From positions 5,332,001-5,396,000 of the forward strand of contig NC_088797.1 in assembly GCF_011386835.1 (NCBI RefSeq): a DNA stretch of 64,000 nucleotides, read 5' to 3'. The translations under genes and the position numbers were made by a program. The number at the start of each line of letters is the position of its first letter. The stretch's first letter is position 1. The DNA is from Chrysemys picta bellii (taxonomy: Eukaryota). Positions 33,456 through 57,216 of the stretch are shown here, in pieces. The notes beneath the pieces were generated by a model. That model had not been told where the DNA came from. It saw only the letters and a program-made list of their open reading frames with translations, and searched no databases.

Positions 33456-35677
33456 ATAATTTATACTATTTATAAGAAAAAGTTGTGCTTTGCTTCATGA
33501 AAAAAATTACACAAACAGATGTTACTACACAAGGCAATAAAATTAGGCTTTTTCAATAAACGAGGTTGGTTGCATGAAATACATTATATGTTTCTGCTTC
33601 ATTGTAGTACCAAGCAAAACAATTTAGCACTGAAGGTAGACATCCATATTGGTGCCACAGTGAACTAATTTCAGAGAATTACTTTGGGTCAGATTCTGCC
33701 AGCCCTTACCCCCGTGTACGTGAGGCTGGTAGCATCCGATCCTTTCAAAAGTACAACCTTGTTTACTTTGGCATATTCTTGAGAAGTGTCTAAGTACTTT
33801 GCCCTGTTCACAGAAAGTTTGCTTATTTAAGATTCTTGTTTTATGGAGTGTAAGCAGAATAATTGGAAGAAGCTTTTTAATATTTCTGTTTTGAAATACG
33901 AAATGCAGTGTGTTGAACAATAGTTCTTTATTTTAAAAATACGTTTCTGCAGTGAAAAAATACAGAAAGATACCAGGGCGTAGGGTTACCAAAATATAAT
34001 TCATTGCTTCACTTCAGGCATGGAATATTGTGTGACAGAACTCTGATTTTGTCAACATACGTATTCCTAGAACATTAATCAATAGAAATGGCCTCCGAAA
34101 TAGGATCTGGCACTCCTTATTCAGGCAAATCTCCCATTGATGGTGATGAGAATTTGCCTGAGTGAGCAGTTCTGTATCCCATTCAATATCTAAAGCCCTG
34201 AGCCTGCAAGCTGATCAGTGGATGGACTCAGATGGAGACCTATGGGGCTGGTCCACCCACATGGGTCAGTTTGCAGGACGGGGGCATAAGTTTTGATCAA
34301 AGTCTCATTAGTAATGTGATGCTCCATGGTTGCATTAAGTAGCAGTAATTGTGTCTGTCATTTTTATCACAAAGGGAAGATTTCCCCCCCCCCCCCAACT
34401 TTTCTTTTAAAAGGAGTATCTGACACAAAAGTTGTGGGTTTGTGCATGGGAAGGAGTGTTCCCATTTTGTTTTGTTTTTAATGTTTTCTTCTCAGTTTAT
34501 TATGTAGGCTTCAGTAGTGACTCTTAGGGCAAAGGATGCATTGAGTTGCTCAGGTAAAGTGGGATTTATAGTCCTCTGTTAGACACAAAACAGCTCTTTA
34601 TAACCAAAATTACGCCACTTCTGAGGTAAAGATTTTATTTTCTGGCAAGTCACCAGTTCATCCATCTAGTAGTTGAGGAGTTAACGGTTTCCGATGACAT
34701 TCTTTGGAACTCATTGTTGGCGTCTATCGTTTCAGATTCCTTCTAACTTACAAATCGCTTGCTTACAAAAAGCAAATGTTAGCTGGCGTGCTAAGCTCGA
34801 ACCAATGGCATGAATCGACCCAGAGGCGGGGCATTCATTTGGGAAGGTCCACGTTCTATTTTAAGTGATGATCTGTGGTTTATACAATTAAGGCTTCAAG
34901 CTCCCCTCAGGCCACAGTGTATTTCCTCTTAGGGTCAACAGGATGTTTGTCAAGGTCAAGTGTAAAATTTAGTCTTTGTGTCCTTACCATCATTTATTAT
35001 TGCCTTTGAGTCCCGCTCAGTAGCACTCAGAAAATACGCACTCCTTTAGTACCCACCTCTACCTTTGTGTCTCTTCCTTCCCCAGTCTCCTTTCTGCTTC
35101 TCCCCTTTTTCCCTGAGTTTCTCCTCTCTTCTTCCCTCTGCGTTTCCTGTAGGTATTTCCAGTTGTCACCTCCCCATGGGCTCCACTCCCTTCTATATGC
35201 TAAGATCACCAGCAAGACAATAGTTAATGTTGACACTGAAGTTTCATCACTGGGCTTTAGAGATCGCTGGCCCATGAGATGTACGCAAGACAAGGGAGTT
35301 TGCGACTCTGAGCTACTGTTTCAGGCTGGCCGCAGACTCAGCAAGAGGCAGTTGGAAGGTTATCTTGGCATTTTATTTTACTTTTTAAAGGTAGGATTAT
35401 GGGCATCATCCTTCCCGTACCCCGGAATTTGGTGGGTGGATTGTTTATGAAAAAGCTGCTATCTAAGTGTCTGCTCTTAAGAGAGAAAAGAAGGTGCCTC
35501 AAAGCTCCCCATAAGCAGAGTGCATCAAACTCAGGACAGGCATCATCCAATATGGTGTCACTTCCCACGATGTACTGAAGTGCGTGTGTGTGTGTGTGTG
35601 ATGATGATGATGTTTCTCTTGTATATCTTAACTTCTGCTTGTCTGAACCTTGGTAGGCTGCTCAGGTGTCCAGACCA

Positions 35678-36450
35678 TGTAGGATGGAACCTGAGGGATG
35701 GGTTACATAGCTAGGGTTAAGGAGCAGTTCATGGCTCAAGTGGTCCTGGCTGGTCTAGGTGGAGGAGTTCAAGGGAGAGCCAGACAGCTCAGAAAGGGGG
35801 GCCAATAGCAGATGGGATAGGGGGACACATCTATCCTGAGATCTCTGGAGTAAGGGTACAGCAGGAGCCCTGGCTGAAGGAAAGGAGGGGTCTGCATGCA
35901 GCAGCTACCCCAGGTCCCAGAGGAGTTGACTAGCTTATCCTTAAGGAACCCGCCCCTTGGATTGGCTCTGAGACTGCGGCCAGGCCCCGGACTGGGAAAG
36001 TGTTAGGAAGAGGCCCAGGGAGGCAGCCTCAGAGCCCTGCTGGATGCTTGGTATTGCTGCTATTCATAGAGCCTTGGATTGGGCCCAGTCTTCCCTATCA
36101 ACCAACCACGAAGGGGGCACAGACCCCATCTCTCACCCTCCTGGAGAGAAGGGGGGGATAGAGCTATTGCACGCCCTGAGGCAAGGGTGTGCAACCCACC
36201 GGGGCCCAGAGGTGGCTGAAGACTTCCTTCTATGGGGATATATATGGATGTATATATCTTGTTGGGATCGTCACCCCAGAAGGGGGTGACTCCACTAGTA
36301 GCCTGGCCAGAAGACTGAGTCACTAACTACCATAAGAGGGACCGCAACACCGCTGGAGTCACTGCTCGCCAGGGACACTGGAGACGGGAGAGCTGGGACC
36401 CAGTGACCTAACCGCTAGGGAGCACCACGGGTAAGCCCAGCCCAGTCACA
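35678..36450. mobile_element. Possible solo LTR
   Basis: GC-richer ~770-bp block starting TGT and ending TCACA; flanks GACCA / CACCA would be an imperfect TSD if the end is 36448; family not identified. Confidence 0.3.
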
Positions 36451-36619
36451 CCACCTGACGTCCTAACGCCCATAAAGAGCAGTTTCTCTCCTGCCCCTGC
36501 TCGGCATTTGAGCAAGTTTACAGGCTTCTCTGCTGCTGTAAAGTAGAAAAGTTTGGGCCCAACAGATAACATTCGCAGTGTCTACCCTGCTGAAAATGGC
36601 AGGGCTCTTAAAGCAAATT

Positions 36620-36930
36620 AACATTAGAACAGCCATGCTGGATCAGATCAATGGTCTATCTAGCCCAGTATCCTGTCTTCTGACAGTGACTGGTGCCAGA
36701 TGCCTCCGAGAGTGTGAACAGAATTATCGAGTGATCCGTCTCAGCTTCTGGCGGTTAGAGGCTTAGGGACACCCAGAGCCTGGGGTTGCGTCCCTGATCA
36801 TCTTGGCTAATAGCCATTAATGGACCTACCCTCCATGAACATCATTGTTTTTTGAACCCAGTTATACTTTTGGCCTTCGCAACATCCCCTGGCAATGAGT
36901 TCCACAGGTTGGCTTTGCATTGTGTGAAGA
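36620..36930 (-). mobile_element. CR1 3' fragment (boundaries approximate)
   Basis: agaacagccatgctggatcagatcaatggtctatctagcccagtatcctgtc is a typical CR1 3' UTR complement. Confidence 0.7.
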
Positions 36931-38538
36931 ATAAGGGGTAAACAACACTTCCCATACCGAATCCCTTTAAATGAGAATCAAGGCTGGTAGAGTGTTGGTA
37001 GAACCTAAAGATGTCCATCTCCTCCCTGCTCAGTGTATTTCTGCCGCCTCCAGGATGGATTCAGATTCTGCAGAATATATAGAAAAAACGGCACTCCCAG
37101 CTCCTGGGCGGCAGCTGGAGAGCCCACAGCTCAGGGAGCGAGTGGAAAAGTGGCTCCAAGCCGTGGCAAGCCCCAACCCTGGGCCAGCTGTGAACTACGC
37201 TTACCCCTCCACTCTGAGCTGCTCCTATTTGCACCAGCGGCCACAGGGGCCAAGAGAGCAACCAGCCCTTTGCTGCATTTCAGGGGAAATTATTCCACCA
37301 GTTCTGCTTGTTATCACAAACGTCCTGCGACCACAACGGATCAGAGACCTGTGGCCGTGCCATCAATTGCCCAATCTGCAGTTGGACTCGGATTTGACTG
37401 AACGCTGTTCCAAGTTCTTGGCTGTTTGTCTCCAGTGCTACAATTACATATTTGATTCACCGCTAAGCTGCGTATTGACGAAGAATGGCATTGGTTTGTG
37501 GTTTGCTGGTTTCCCAAATTAGCTGTCGAGAGGCTCTTGAGAAATTTTACTTACAAATGCAGGCAAATTGAAACCTAGCTCAAGGACTGCAGCTAAAGGG
37601 CTCGTCCACCCTCCAGAAACGACCCACTTCTGACAGTAAGTGGAGCTGACATGGTGCTCAACGCTGGGTAGCTTCAAGCGTAAACAAGGCTGGAGCATGT
37701 CCAGCTTATTTTAAAGCTGCAAGCTCTGACCTGGTACCGACCGTGCCCCAATTCCTGACCCCCACTCCAGTGACAGGTGACTTTTGTACAGTAGCCAAAG
37801 ATCGAGTGTCGATTCCCAGGCGTGTAGTGAAGTGTAAGGTTGGAGAAAGGCACCCGAGTGGTTTCCTGCAGAGATCAGTGTGAGGCCCCTAGTAGAAGCA
37901 GCTAAGGTGGGCATGTTGTGTGTGTGCATGGATGATGGTACATTATGGGGCAGGGCACGTCAGTGAAAGAAGCAAGACAGTCTTTGGCAGCCCAGCAGAG
38001 CAGCAGGTAAACAAAGGGATTTCAACCACAGTGCAGGTGTGTGTTACTGACAAGCTACTCAAGACCTCCCTTGTCCCTTCATCCAAGTGCAAAGGGACAG
38101 GCTTTCCTCGGCCCAAAGGGAAAAGCAAGGTACCAACAGGCGGGGGGAGGCTCCGCCTCTAGCATTTCTTGCGGCAGGCTGCAAACCTGCTTGGGCTGGG
38201 CGCACCCCAGGGCGTAGAAGTGCCAGGCAGGAGGGACTCCCGTCAGTACCCCACTTGGTATGCTCACGCGTGTGGGGAGAGCCACAGCACCCTGTTTTCT
38301 GGCTGCCTGGTTCAGTCCTGGCGGGGGAGGGCACTTGGAGATCGGCTTTTCTGTTTTTAAGTAAAGACACTTAAATGCAGAAGCTTGCGCACAATCCTCC
38401 AGGGAGCTTCTGCCAGGTCTTGGCTTCGTCGTTCCCTAAGCCTGAGAGCTTTGTGTAGGCGCATCTATCTGAGGGTTTTTTCCCTTTCCCATTCACTCCC
38501 ATAAAAAAAAAAACACACCCTTAGATTAGGACCTAGAG

Positions 38539-39170
38539 CAGGGGCAGGCAAACTTTTTGGCCTGAGGGCCGCATCGGATTTCATAAATTGTATGGAGGGC
38601 CGGTTAGGGGAGGGGGTCATGCCCCCCCCCCCCAGCCCAGGACTCCTGCCCCATCCAACCCCCCCTGTTCCCTGACGGCCCCCTGGGACCCCTGCCCCAT
38701 CCTCACACCCCCTGTCCCCTGACCGCCCCCGACCCTCCATCCAACCCGTCCTCTCATTCCTGATGGCCCCTTCGGGACCTCTGCCCCTTCTCCCTGTCCC
38801 GACTGCCCCCTGCCGCTCCATTCAACCCCCCCCCTCCTTCCTGACTGCCCCCTGGGAACCCCTGCCCCTATTCAACTGGCCCAACCCCTATCCACACCAC
38901 CACCCCGAACTCCCCTGCCCCCTTCCCCCATTGCCTGGAGCACTGGTGGCGCTACAGCCAGACCACGTCACCGCCGCCACCACGCAGCACAGAGCACCGG
39001 GTCAGGCCCAGCTCTGCAGCCCCCCTGCTCAGAGCATTGCGCTGGCGGCGTGGCGAGCTGAGGCTGCGGGGGAGGAGGGACAGCAGGGATGGGGCCAGGG
39101 TGAGCCTGCGGAGCCAGGAGCTCGGGGGCCGGGCAGGATGGTCCCACGGGCCATAGTTTGCCCACCTCTG
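38539..39170. mobile_element. Non-autonomous hAT element
   Basis: Termini CAGGGGCAGGCAAACT / AGTTTGCCCACCTCTG; perfect TSD ACCTAGAG at 38531-38538 and 39171-39178. Confidence 0.88.
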
Positions 39171-39668
39171 ACCTAGAGGAGGGAGAAATGGGGATACTCC
39201 CTGGGAAAATACAACTGAACGAGGGCAGGAGTGAACATCCAGGTCACGCGTTTGCAAAGCAGAACCCCCAAGAGCCTCCAGTGGCTACTGAAAGCGTGTT
39301 TGAGACGAGCATGCAGTTTTCTACCAAGTAAGTGTTTCTGGGTTTGGTTTTGAGGGGCTGCACAGACAGAGGTGGATCAGGAAGCATTGAGTCCTTTGGT
39401 GAGCCTGCACCTTGAATGCTGGATTTGGTTCTGGCTACATCACTACCAGCGTGATGTCAGTGCGTTGGAGAGAATTCAAAAAGCAACACTGGTGGTGGTG
39501 GGATTGAGTTATGGGAAAATATGTGCAGCTGGGCCTGCAGATTACAAGGCTGGGGGAGGGGGGGTTAAAACCAAAGCATGAGAGCAAGTGTGTAAGGTGC
39601 TATCCATGCAACCACGATAGAACTACAAGTCACGGGCATGAAGCAAAAGAATACTTACCCCATCCTCC

Positions 39669-39897
39669 GGGGCAATCCAGGTTAAACACCTGTGGCTGGC
39701 CCGTGCCAGCTGACTTGAGCCGTTCAATGGCAGTGTAGACGTCTGGGTTTGGGCTGGAGCCCAGGCTCTGGTCCTCAGCCCAGGCTCTGGTCCTCAGCCC
39801 AAGCCTGAACAGCTACATTGCCATTAAACAGCCCCATGGACCCGCGTCTGCTGACACCAGCCAGCCACGGGGATCTAAGCACAGCATAGACCGACCC
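39669..39897. mobile_element. Palindromic MITE (Harbinger-like) with an internal 19-bp tandem duplication
   Basis: Internal inverted arms (tggctggc / gccagcca; aatggcagtgtag / ctacattgccatt); GCCCAGGCTCTGGTCCTCA x2 at 39759-39796. Confidence 0.5.
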
Positions 39898-42800
39898 TAG
39901 AAGGTCTTGTTTGTATTGTTAACTCCTTGACCACTGAGGAGTTTCTCCAGCACCAGGTATACTAAGAATTTAGGGAATGACTGGGGTGGAATTCTTGCAA
40001 TCTTTGGACTTCATCTTTGCAGGAAGGCCTGTTTTTAAATTTGTACCACACACCGACATGAGTTAGAGCAGTCCCAGTACCTCTCGCTGTGATGATGTCC
40101 AAGACACATAGGTAAATACCATGGGAAGTGCACTGCCTGTGAATGTCCTGGCCCCTTCCCCTACTGTTTTGCTGACATTTGAAAAAATTGTACACCACCT
40201 TTATATTCCTCATTCAGGTAAACGGCATAAACCGTGGCTGCTCTCTCTGAATCCAGAGGCGAGGTGGACAAGTGTCTATTGGAAAGAGACAAGCTTCTGA
40301 GCTTACACAGAGCTCTTCTTCGGGTCTTCTGTGAATCCAGACAGGCCTGGCCTTCAACCAGTGTCATCTGAGCAGTGCACCTGGCCAAGATTTCTCTCCC
40401 TGCTCAGCGTCACCTGACTATGATCACCGCAGCACAGCTGAAAGCCCTGAACAATCATTGAAAGCCTGAGATCAGTCAGGTATGAACTCCCCTGACTCCT
40501 CCTGCCAGCTCTTGACCCCGCTCAGGTCAGGGAGTGACAACAGAGGCTGTGTAGGCCAGAGCATACAATCTCCTGTGGAGAAAGGAGTAGGGAGCAGCGG
40601 AATGAGGAAGGAGAGGGATTAAAAGATGAGGCCATGTATACTTGTCTTTAGTGCAATTAATGGCCCGGGGATAAGGCTAATCACCTTGATTAACCTTACT
40701 AGACTGAATTTATCCCAGACAGAGTTAAAAATAATCTTCAGTTTTGGCGGTTAGGAGGTGCGTTATTGATGCTCTGAATTGGCTCAGTGCTTTTTCACAC
40801 AGCCATGCAAATGAACTGTATGTTCTGAAAGTTTGCTTCATAGAGTGAACTTATTTTTGCAATATCCTAACATTCTGCTCACTTTCATTTTGGCAGGAAC
40901 AAAAAAAAAAAAAAAAAAACCACAGATGTGAAGTCTTCACAACCAGCTTCATCACAAACATAAAGGCAGTTCCTCAAGGAATCTAGGTACGGAACGGGGG
41001 GGTGGCATTACGGTGTACTGAGGATGATGGTTTAGTTTCTTCCCTTGTTCTTAACTGAGTTAAAATATCTGCAAGGTCTTATACTGTAACTCCATATCCA
41101 TACTTTGAGGGTGTCTGTTCTCTTCACTGTAGGGTTGAAATATGTATGTGAAAATAGAAAAGCCAAGTTAAAATTTTAGTGAAAGTTTAATTCTGTGACA
41201 AAATGCAGGCTAGCCCTACAAGGAGGAAAAAAATGAAGCCGTGGCACTTGTGCCCCATTTAATTAGTCCCTGAAGACAGCTTTTGGAATGATGTTCCTGT
41301 TAACTTAGCTTGAATGGTCTTAAAAGGATTCACTTTGGCAGGTTCTACTTACAAGAGCTGTGTAAAAAAGGGCAGTGATTTTCTCTTCCTCTGGAGAGGA
41401 GCCACCTCATGGCATCATGGGGTTTAGAGAAAGTCATATCAAAGCACTATCGGTTATTTAAGACCTGTTCAAATAGAACTGTTGAGCAGGGGAAATTAAT
41501 CTGTACCCCCCAAAAGTTCTATTAAACAGTCTCACCACCAACCTTCAAAATCCCATTACTTGAGTCTCTGGCTCCCGCCATCTGCAGTGTGGTCTGGCCA
41601 GGAGTGAATTAAAGGCAAAAAGATTGCTCCTGGCCAGCCAGAACTAACCTGACGTGTATCACTACCCGCGTGCTACTCTTCATCTAATATACAACAAGTG
41701 CAGGTTAGGAAAAGAAGCAACCAGCCGTTCACAGCAATGAAAACAATCGGAGTGAAATACTGTATTCACGGAAGGTTTGCTAATACACCGAAAAGAGAAT
41801 TTGGATTCAAATTAAAACTCCAGCACTGTAAACACTGCAGTTATTGTGAGAGCACCTACCACTGTCCCAACACGTAATTAACTGCTTGAGTTGACACCAC
41901 AGCAACGAACTCTCAACACTCTCCTCCATTATTCAGACCACGCGAGGCAAATTCAGGAAAATCAGGATTTTTTTTTAACAGGGAATGTGTGTGAAACATT
42001 TTTCATTTTTTAACACTGCCCACACTAGTATTGCTTAGAAAAAGTTATAGGTGAGCTGGCCACCTCGTCTTTCCCAACCAGCTGATTACAAATTCGGGTA
42101 TTTGGGGGAGGGGATGGGGATGACCCAACTTCCTAGAGCATGAATTCCAGAACAATCCAGTGAAGAGTGATCTACAGCATCATGATATAAAGTGACCCCT
42201 CACCTGCACAGCTTGTGGCTAAGGGTGCTAACCTCCACAGGCCAGCAAAGTGGTAGTTACTCAGACGTAGGGAGATGCCCAGAGTCCCCCACAACACGTG
42301 GAGATAGAGTGTAATTATGGTCCTCTATCCTCCATTCACCTGCACTCCCTTCCATACATCCCAGATAAGGGTTTTGACACCCAGCAGCACCTTCCTTAGC
42401 AGATATCAGACCAGCAATGAACGCAAGGTAAAAAGGTGTAGCTCCCAAGCACTTCGAATCGAGTTTCAGCTAATATCACTGCACTTGAGAGCTCTTCTTT
42501 TTTAGAGAAAGCTCTGAGCCATCCACCTCACGCAAGGATGGTGGAAGCAGTTGCTGGAGGCTCTTGTTAAAGACAGAGCTGTGTGTCACTGGGACAACGC
42601 CTGAACCAGAGTAAAATTTTCTCTTTCTCCACAGCTGCCCAGGGCTATCTACAGTGTGTGATTTCTACTGCTGATTGATGCATCAAATGGCATTAGTGTC
42701 TCCCACTGTTTCATACCATCATTCTGAAACTTGGAAATCTAACCCCGACCGTAATGCTCAGATAATGTAACCGATCAATGTTCTTTGCCACATATAGCAT

Positions 42801-43256
42801 TAGTAGGCAGCTAGCAAACATACCTTTTTCAGGGCAATGTTACTTTAATCAATTAAAGCTGCAATCTATGCAACTAACAAAGCTATGCACGTTCTGTACC
42901 ATATTGGTTAGGGTGTGTGCTGCTGTATACCCTCTACTCTTGTCTGTCAGTGTCTTTAGACTGTAATCCCTTTAGGAGAGGGAATCTCTCTGTATAGTGC
43001 CCACCACCATGGGGCCCCAAACACTACAGAAGCCTTTGGGTACTACTATAATGTAAATATTTCCTTCTACTGTTAAACTATCTAGTTTTCTTAGGCACAA
43101 ATGAACAAGTCCCATGAGTAATTCTGGGACTGTCACTAGTTCTTTGATATCTCTCTCAAATATTAGCCCTGCTTTCTAAACATAATAGTTTACTATGAAA
43201 CAAAATACTGAACATTGTACATGAACATAGCACATTACATCCCACTGTATTATATA

Positions 43257-43262
43257 TTTAAT
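43257..43262 (-). terminator. Candidate PSMD6 polyadenylation signal (ATTAAA)
   Basis: ATTAAA on the - strand, about 190 nt past the stop codon; not confirmed. Confidence 0.3.
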
Positions 43263-43452
43263 GAACTGGGATCTGAAACCATGACTGTAACGTTTATACA
43301 GTTCAGTTGTTTACATAATGAAGCAGACTGTAAAAACCCTACTTCTCACTTATAATTTTCTTAGCTACCGCATATCAACTCATACAGTACACATTACTTC
43401 CAAAATGGCCTTAAACATCTACATTTTGCATTCCGTTATTTTTTAAAAAGCG

Positions 43453-54010
<10,558 letters not shown>

Positions 54011-54057
54011 GGCGGGGCCGGGCAGCGAGCGGCCGGCGGCGGGCAGCGGCGCGGCCA

Positions 54058-54067
54058 GTGACTCAGC
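54058..54067 (+). promoter_or_regulatory. ARE-type (NFE2L1/Nrf1-sMAF) element near the PSMD6 start
   Basis: GTGACTCAGC matches RTGACnnnGC, 48 bp upstream of the ATG; NFE2L1 is the known activator of proteasome genes. Confidence 0.55.
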
Positions 54068-54224
54068 CGCCGAGAGACGGAAACCGGCGGCGGCCGCTTC
54101 CGCCCGCCCGGGCCCGGCCCCGCCTCCGCCTCCGCCTCCGCCTCGCAGCGCCCCCTGCCGGCTCGGGGGAGCGGCCTCCCGGCCCCAGGGACCCCGGCCG
54201 CGCCCCGGCTCCCCCCGCAGCGCC

Positions 54225-55960
54225 CTAGAGACCCCCGACACCGACACCCCCACATCGCCTCCTGACACCCCCTGACACCGACACCCCGATATAGGACACC
54301 GACACCCGCCTCACACCCCCTGACACCGACACCCCCACATCGCCTCCCGACACCGACACCCCCATATCGCCCCCCGAGACCGACACCCCGATATCGGACA
54401 CCGACACCCGCCTCACACCCCCCGACACCGACACCCCCATATCGCCCCCCGACCGACACCCGCCTCACCCCCCCTGACACCGACACCCCCACATCGCCTC
54501 CTGACACCCCCTGACACCGACACCCCGATATAGGACCCCGACACCCGCCTCACACCCCGCGACCCCGACACCCCCACATCGCCTCCCGACACCCCCACAT
54601 CCCCCCCCGACACCCTCCTCACACCCCCCGACACCGACACCCCCACATCGCCTCCTGACACCCCCCGACACCGACACCCCGATATCGGACACCGACACCC
54701 GCCTCACACCCCCTGACACCGACACCCCCACATCGCCTCCTGACACCCCCCGACACCGACACCCCGATATCGGACACCGACACCCGCCTCACACCCCCTG
54801 ACACCGACACCCCCACATCACCTCCTGACACCCCCCGACACCGACACCCCGATATCGGACACCGACACCCGCCTCACAGCCCGCGACACCGACACCCCCA
54901 TATCGCCCCCCGACCGACACCCGCCTCACCCCCCCTGACACCGACACCCCCACATCGCCCCCCGACCGACACCCGCCTCACACACCCCGACACCCCCACA
55001 TCGCCCCCCGACCGACACCGACACCCCCACATCGCCTCCCGACACCGCCTCCTCACACCCCCTGACACCGACACCCCACATCGCCTCTCGACACCCGCCT
55101 CACACACCCCGACACCGACACCCCCACATCACCTCCTGACACCCACCTGACACCCCCCCCACACCGACACCTTCATATCACCTCCTGACACCCCCTGACA
55201 CCGACACCCCCACATCGCCTCCTGACACCCGCCTCACACACCCCGACACCGACACCCCCATATTGCCCCCGACACCCGTCTCACACCCCCCAACACCGAC
55301 ACCCCCATATCGGACACCGACACCCGCCTCACACCCCCTGACACCGACACCCCCACATCGCCTCCCGACACCAACACCCCCACATCGCCTCCCAACACCC
55401 CCCGACATCGACACCCCCACATCGCCTCCTGACACCCCCCGACACCCCCATATCGCCTCCCGACACTCGTCACCCCCCCTGACACCGACACCCCCATATT
55501 GCCCCCGACACCCATCTCACACCCCCGACACCGACACCTCCATATCACCCCTGACACCTGCCTAACACCCTCAGAGACACCCCCGACATCGACACCCCTG
55601 AGACCCCGACACCCGCCTAACACCCTCAGAGACACTCCCGACACCAACACTCCCCATAACGCCCCCAGAAACCCCGACACCCGCCTAACACCCTCAGAGA
55701 CCCCCGACACCGACACCCCCATAACACCCTCCGACATACCCTCAGAGACACCCCCAACATCGACACCCCAAGACCCTGACACCTGCCTAACACCCTCCCT
55801 CACAACGCCCTGGAGACCCCCCCCCAACAACAACACCACACATGGTGCCCTCAGAGACCCCTCCCGCCCCATCTCAATGACCCCAGATACCCCCCCAGCA
55901 CCCTCCCTAGAGACCATTGACGCCCCCCCAAGACCTGTGACATTGACACCCCCATGGTGC
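54225..55960. repeat. C-rich (G-rich on - strand) complex minisatellite upstream of PSMD6
   Basis: Built from GACACC / CCCCGACACCGACACCCC / CATCGCCTCC / GATATCGGAC modules; GATATC marker recurs at 54681, 54766 and 54851 (85-bp period); decays distally. Confidence 0.93.
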
Positions 55961-56449
55961 CCCAAGACCCTGACCTTCCCGCCAGACCCCTGACACTGAC
56001 CCCCACCATGTCCTCAGAGACCACTGAGGCCAACAACCCCCACAATGCACCCAGAACCCCCTGACACCAATACCTCCCCTCTCCCCCCTCACCGATGAAC
56101 CCAGATGCTAACACCTTCCCCTCCTCCACTGCACCCAGGGACTCCTTCAAATGAGACATAAATATTTCACCATAGACTCCTCCCACTGACACAGACACTC
56201 CTCCCCCACACATTGACTCCTCCCACTAAGAGACCCAAATACACCATGACCTCAGTATAATCAGACTCCACCAATGGAGACATGCACAAGCCACCAGTTC
56301 CCCCCACCCAGATTTTCAAATTTCTAATTGAAATGTGAAACATTTCTGTCAGCTCTAATATTTCACACTTTTCTAACACTTTTCATCTGTTGCTGTTAGC
56401 ATCACACTGTGTAAAACATGTTATCTCTGCTGTAGCTTTCTTTTCTCCC

Positions 56450-56755
56450 TCATACACTTTAAGGCCAAAACAGACCATCTTGATCAGCTAGTCTGACCTC
56501 CTCCACATCGCAGGCCACAGAATCTCACCCACCCATTCCTGCAATAGGCCCATAACCTCTGGCTGAGTTACTGAAGTCCTCAAATCTCAATGTAAAGATT
56601 TTAAAAGTTATAGAGAATCCATCATTTACTGTACTTCAACAAGGAAGTGACCGGTGCCCCATACTGCAGAGCAAGGCAAAACACACTGCCAATCTGACCT
56701 GGGGGAAAATTGCTTCCTGAAACCCAATATGGCAATCAGTTAGACCTACCAGCCT
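56450..56755 (-). mobile_element. CR1 3' fragment
   Basis: ctttaaggccaaaacagaccatcttgatcagctagtctgacctcct... is a CR1 3' UTR complement, truncated at 56755. Confidence 0.65.
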
Positions 56756-57216
56756 CATCATTACTTCTTATTTTTAGTGAAAAGTCTGGGCATTTGTGAT
56801 AATTTGAGTTTATACAATATTGTAGTTTGGACATTAGAATAGCAAACTGTTTTTGTTATTAGGTATCTGTATTGTGGTAGCCCCAGTGATGTCAGCTGAG
56901 ATGGGGCCCCATTGTGTTAGGTACTATACTAGTCAGTAGTCACTGCCCTACAGATTTTACAATCTAAGGCCCCTATGTAGGAAACCACTTACATAGACAA
57001 GACACATGATTTTTGAACATTCAGGGTTGGCAGTACGGCCTATGTATTTATAATTTAGACTGTGTTCAATTTCTGTCTAATAAAATTTTACGATTGTAAA
57101 ATTATCTCCAAATATCTCAATTTTGTTATATTTTCCCAAGTGAACACATAAAGCCCATGTATTTCAGTCCATTTCTGGTGGTGTGATTTTGTTTGGAGAC
57201 TGTAACATTATCTGGA

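Larger units (their letters stand above)
29313..33475 (+). other. ATXN7: ATXN7 long 3' UTR (end approximate)
   Basis: AT-rich sequence after the stop codon, ending in a TGTA-rich block with AATAAA at 33450-33455; interrupted by a hAT MITE and an N gap. Confidence 0.7.

Noticed and set aside
36971-37522. 183-aa ORF between the two genes
   Set aside because: No recognisable domain, no convincing splice or promoter context, and overlapping ORFs in other frames; probably chance.
54011-54268. In-frame N-terminal extension of PSMD6 (86 codons from a GTG)
   Set aside because: No in-frame ATG. The known protein starts MPLENLEE, and the ATG at 54010 has a good context. An open frame is expected in GC-rich DNA.
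54225-55960. CRISPR-like or SINE-array interpretation of the repeats
   Set aside because: No constant repeat with unique spacers and no cas genes; eukaryotic context. It is a minisatellite.
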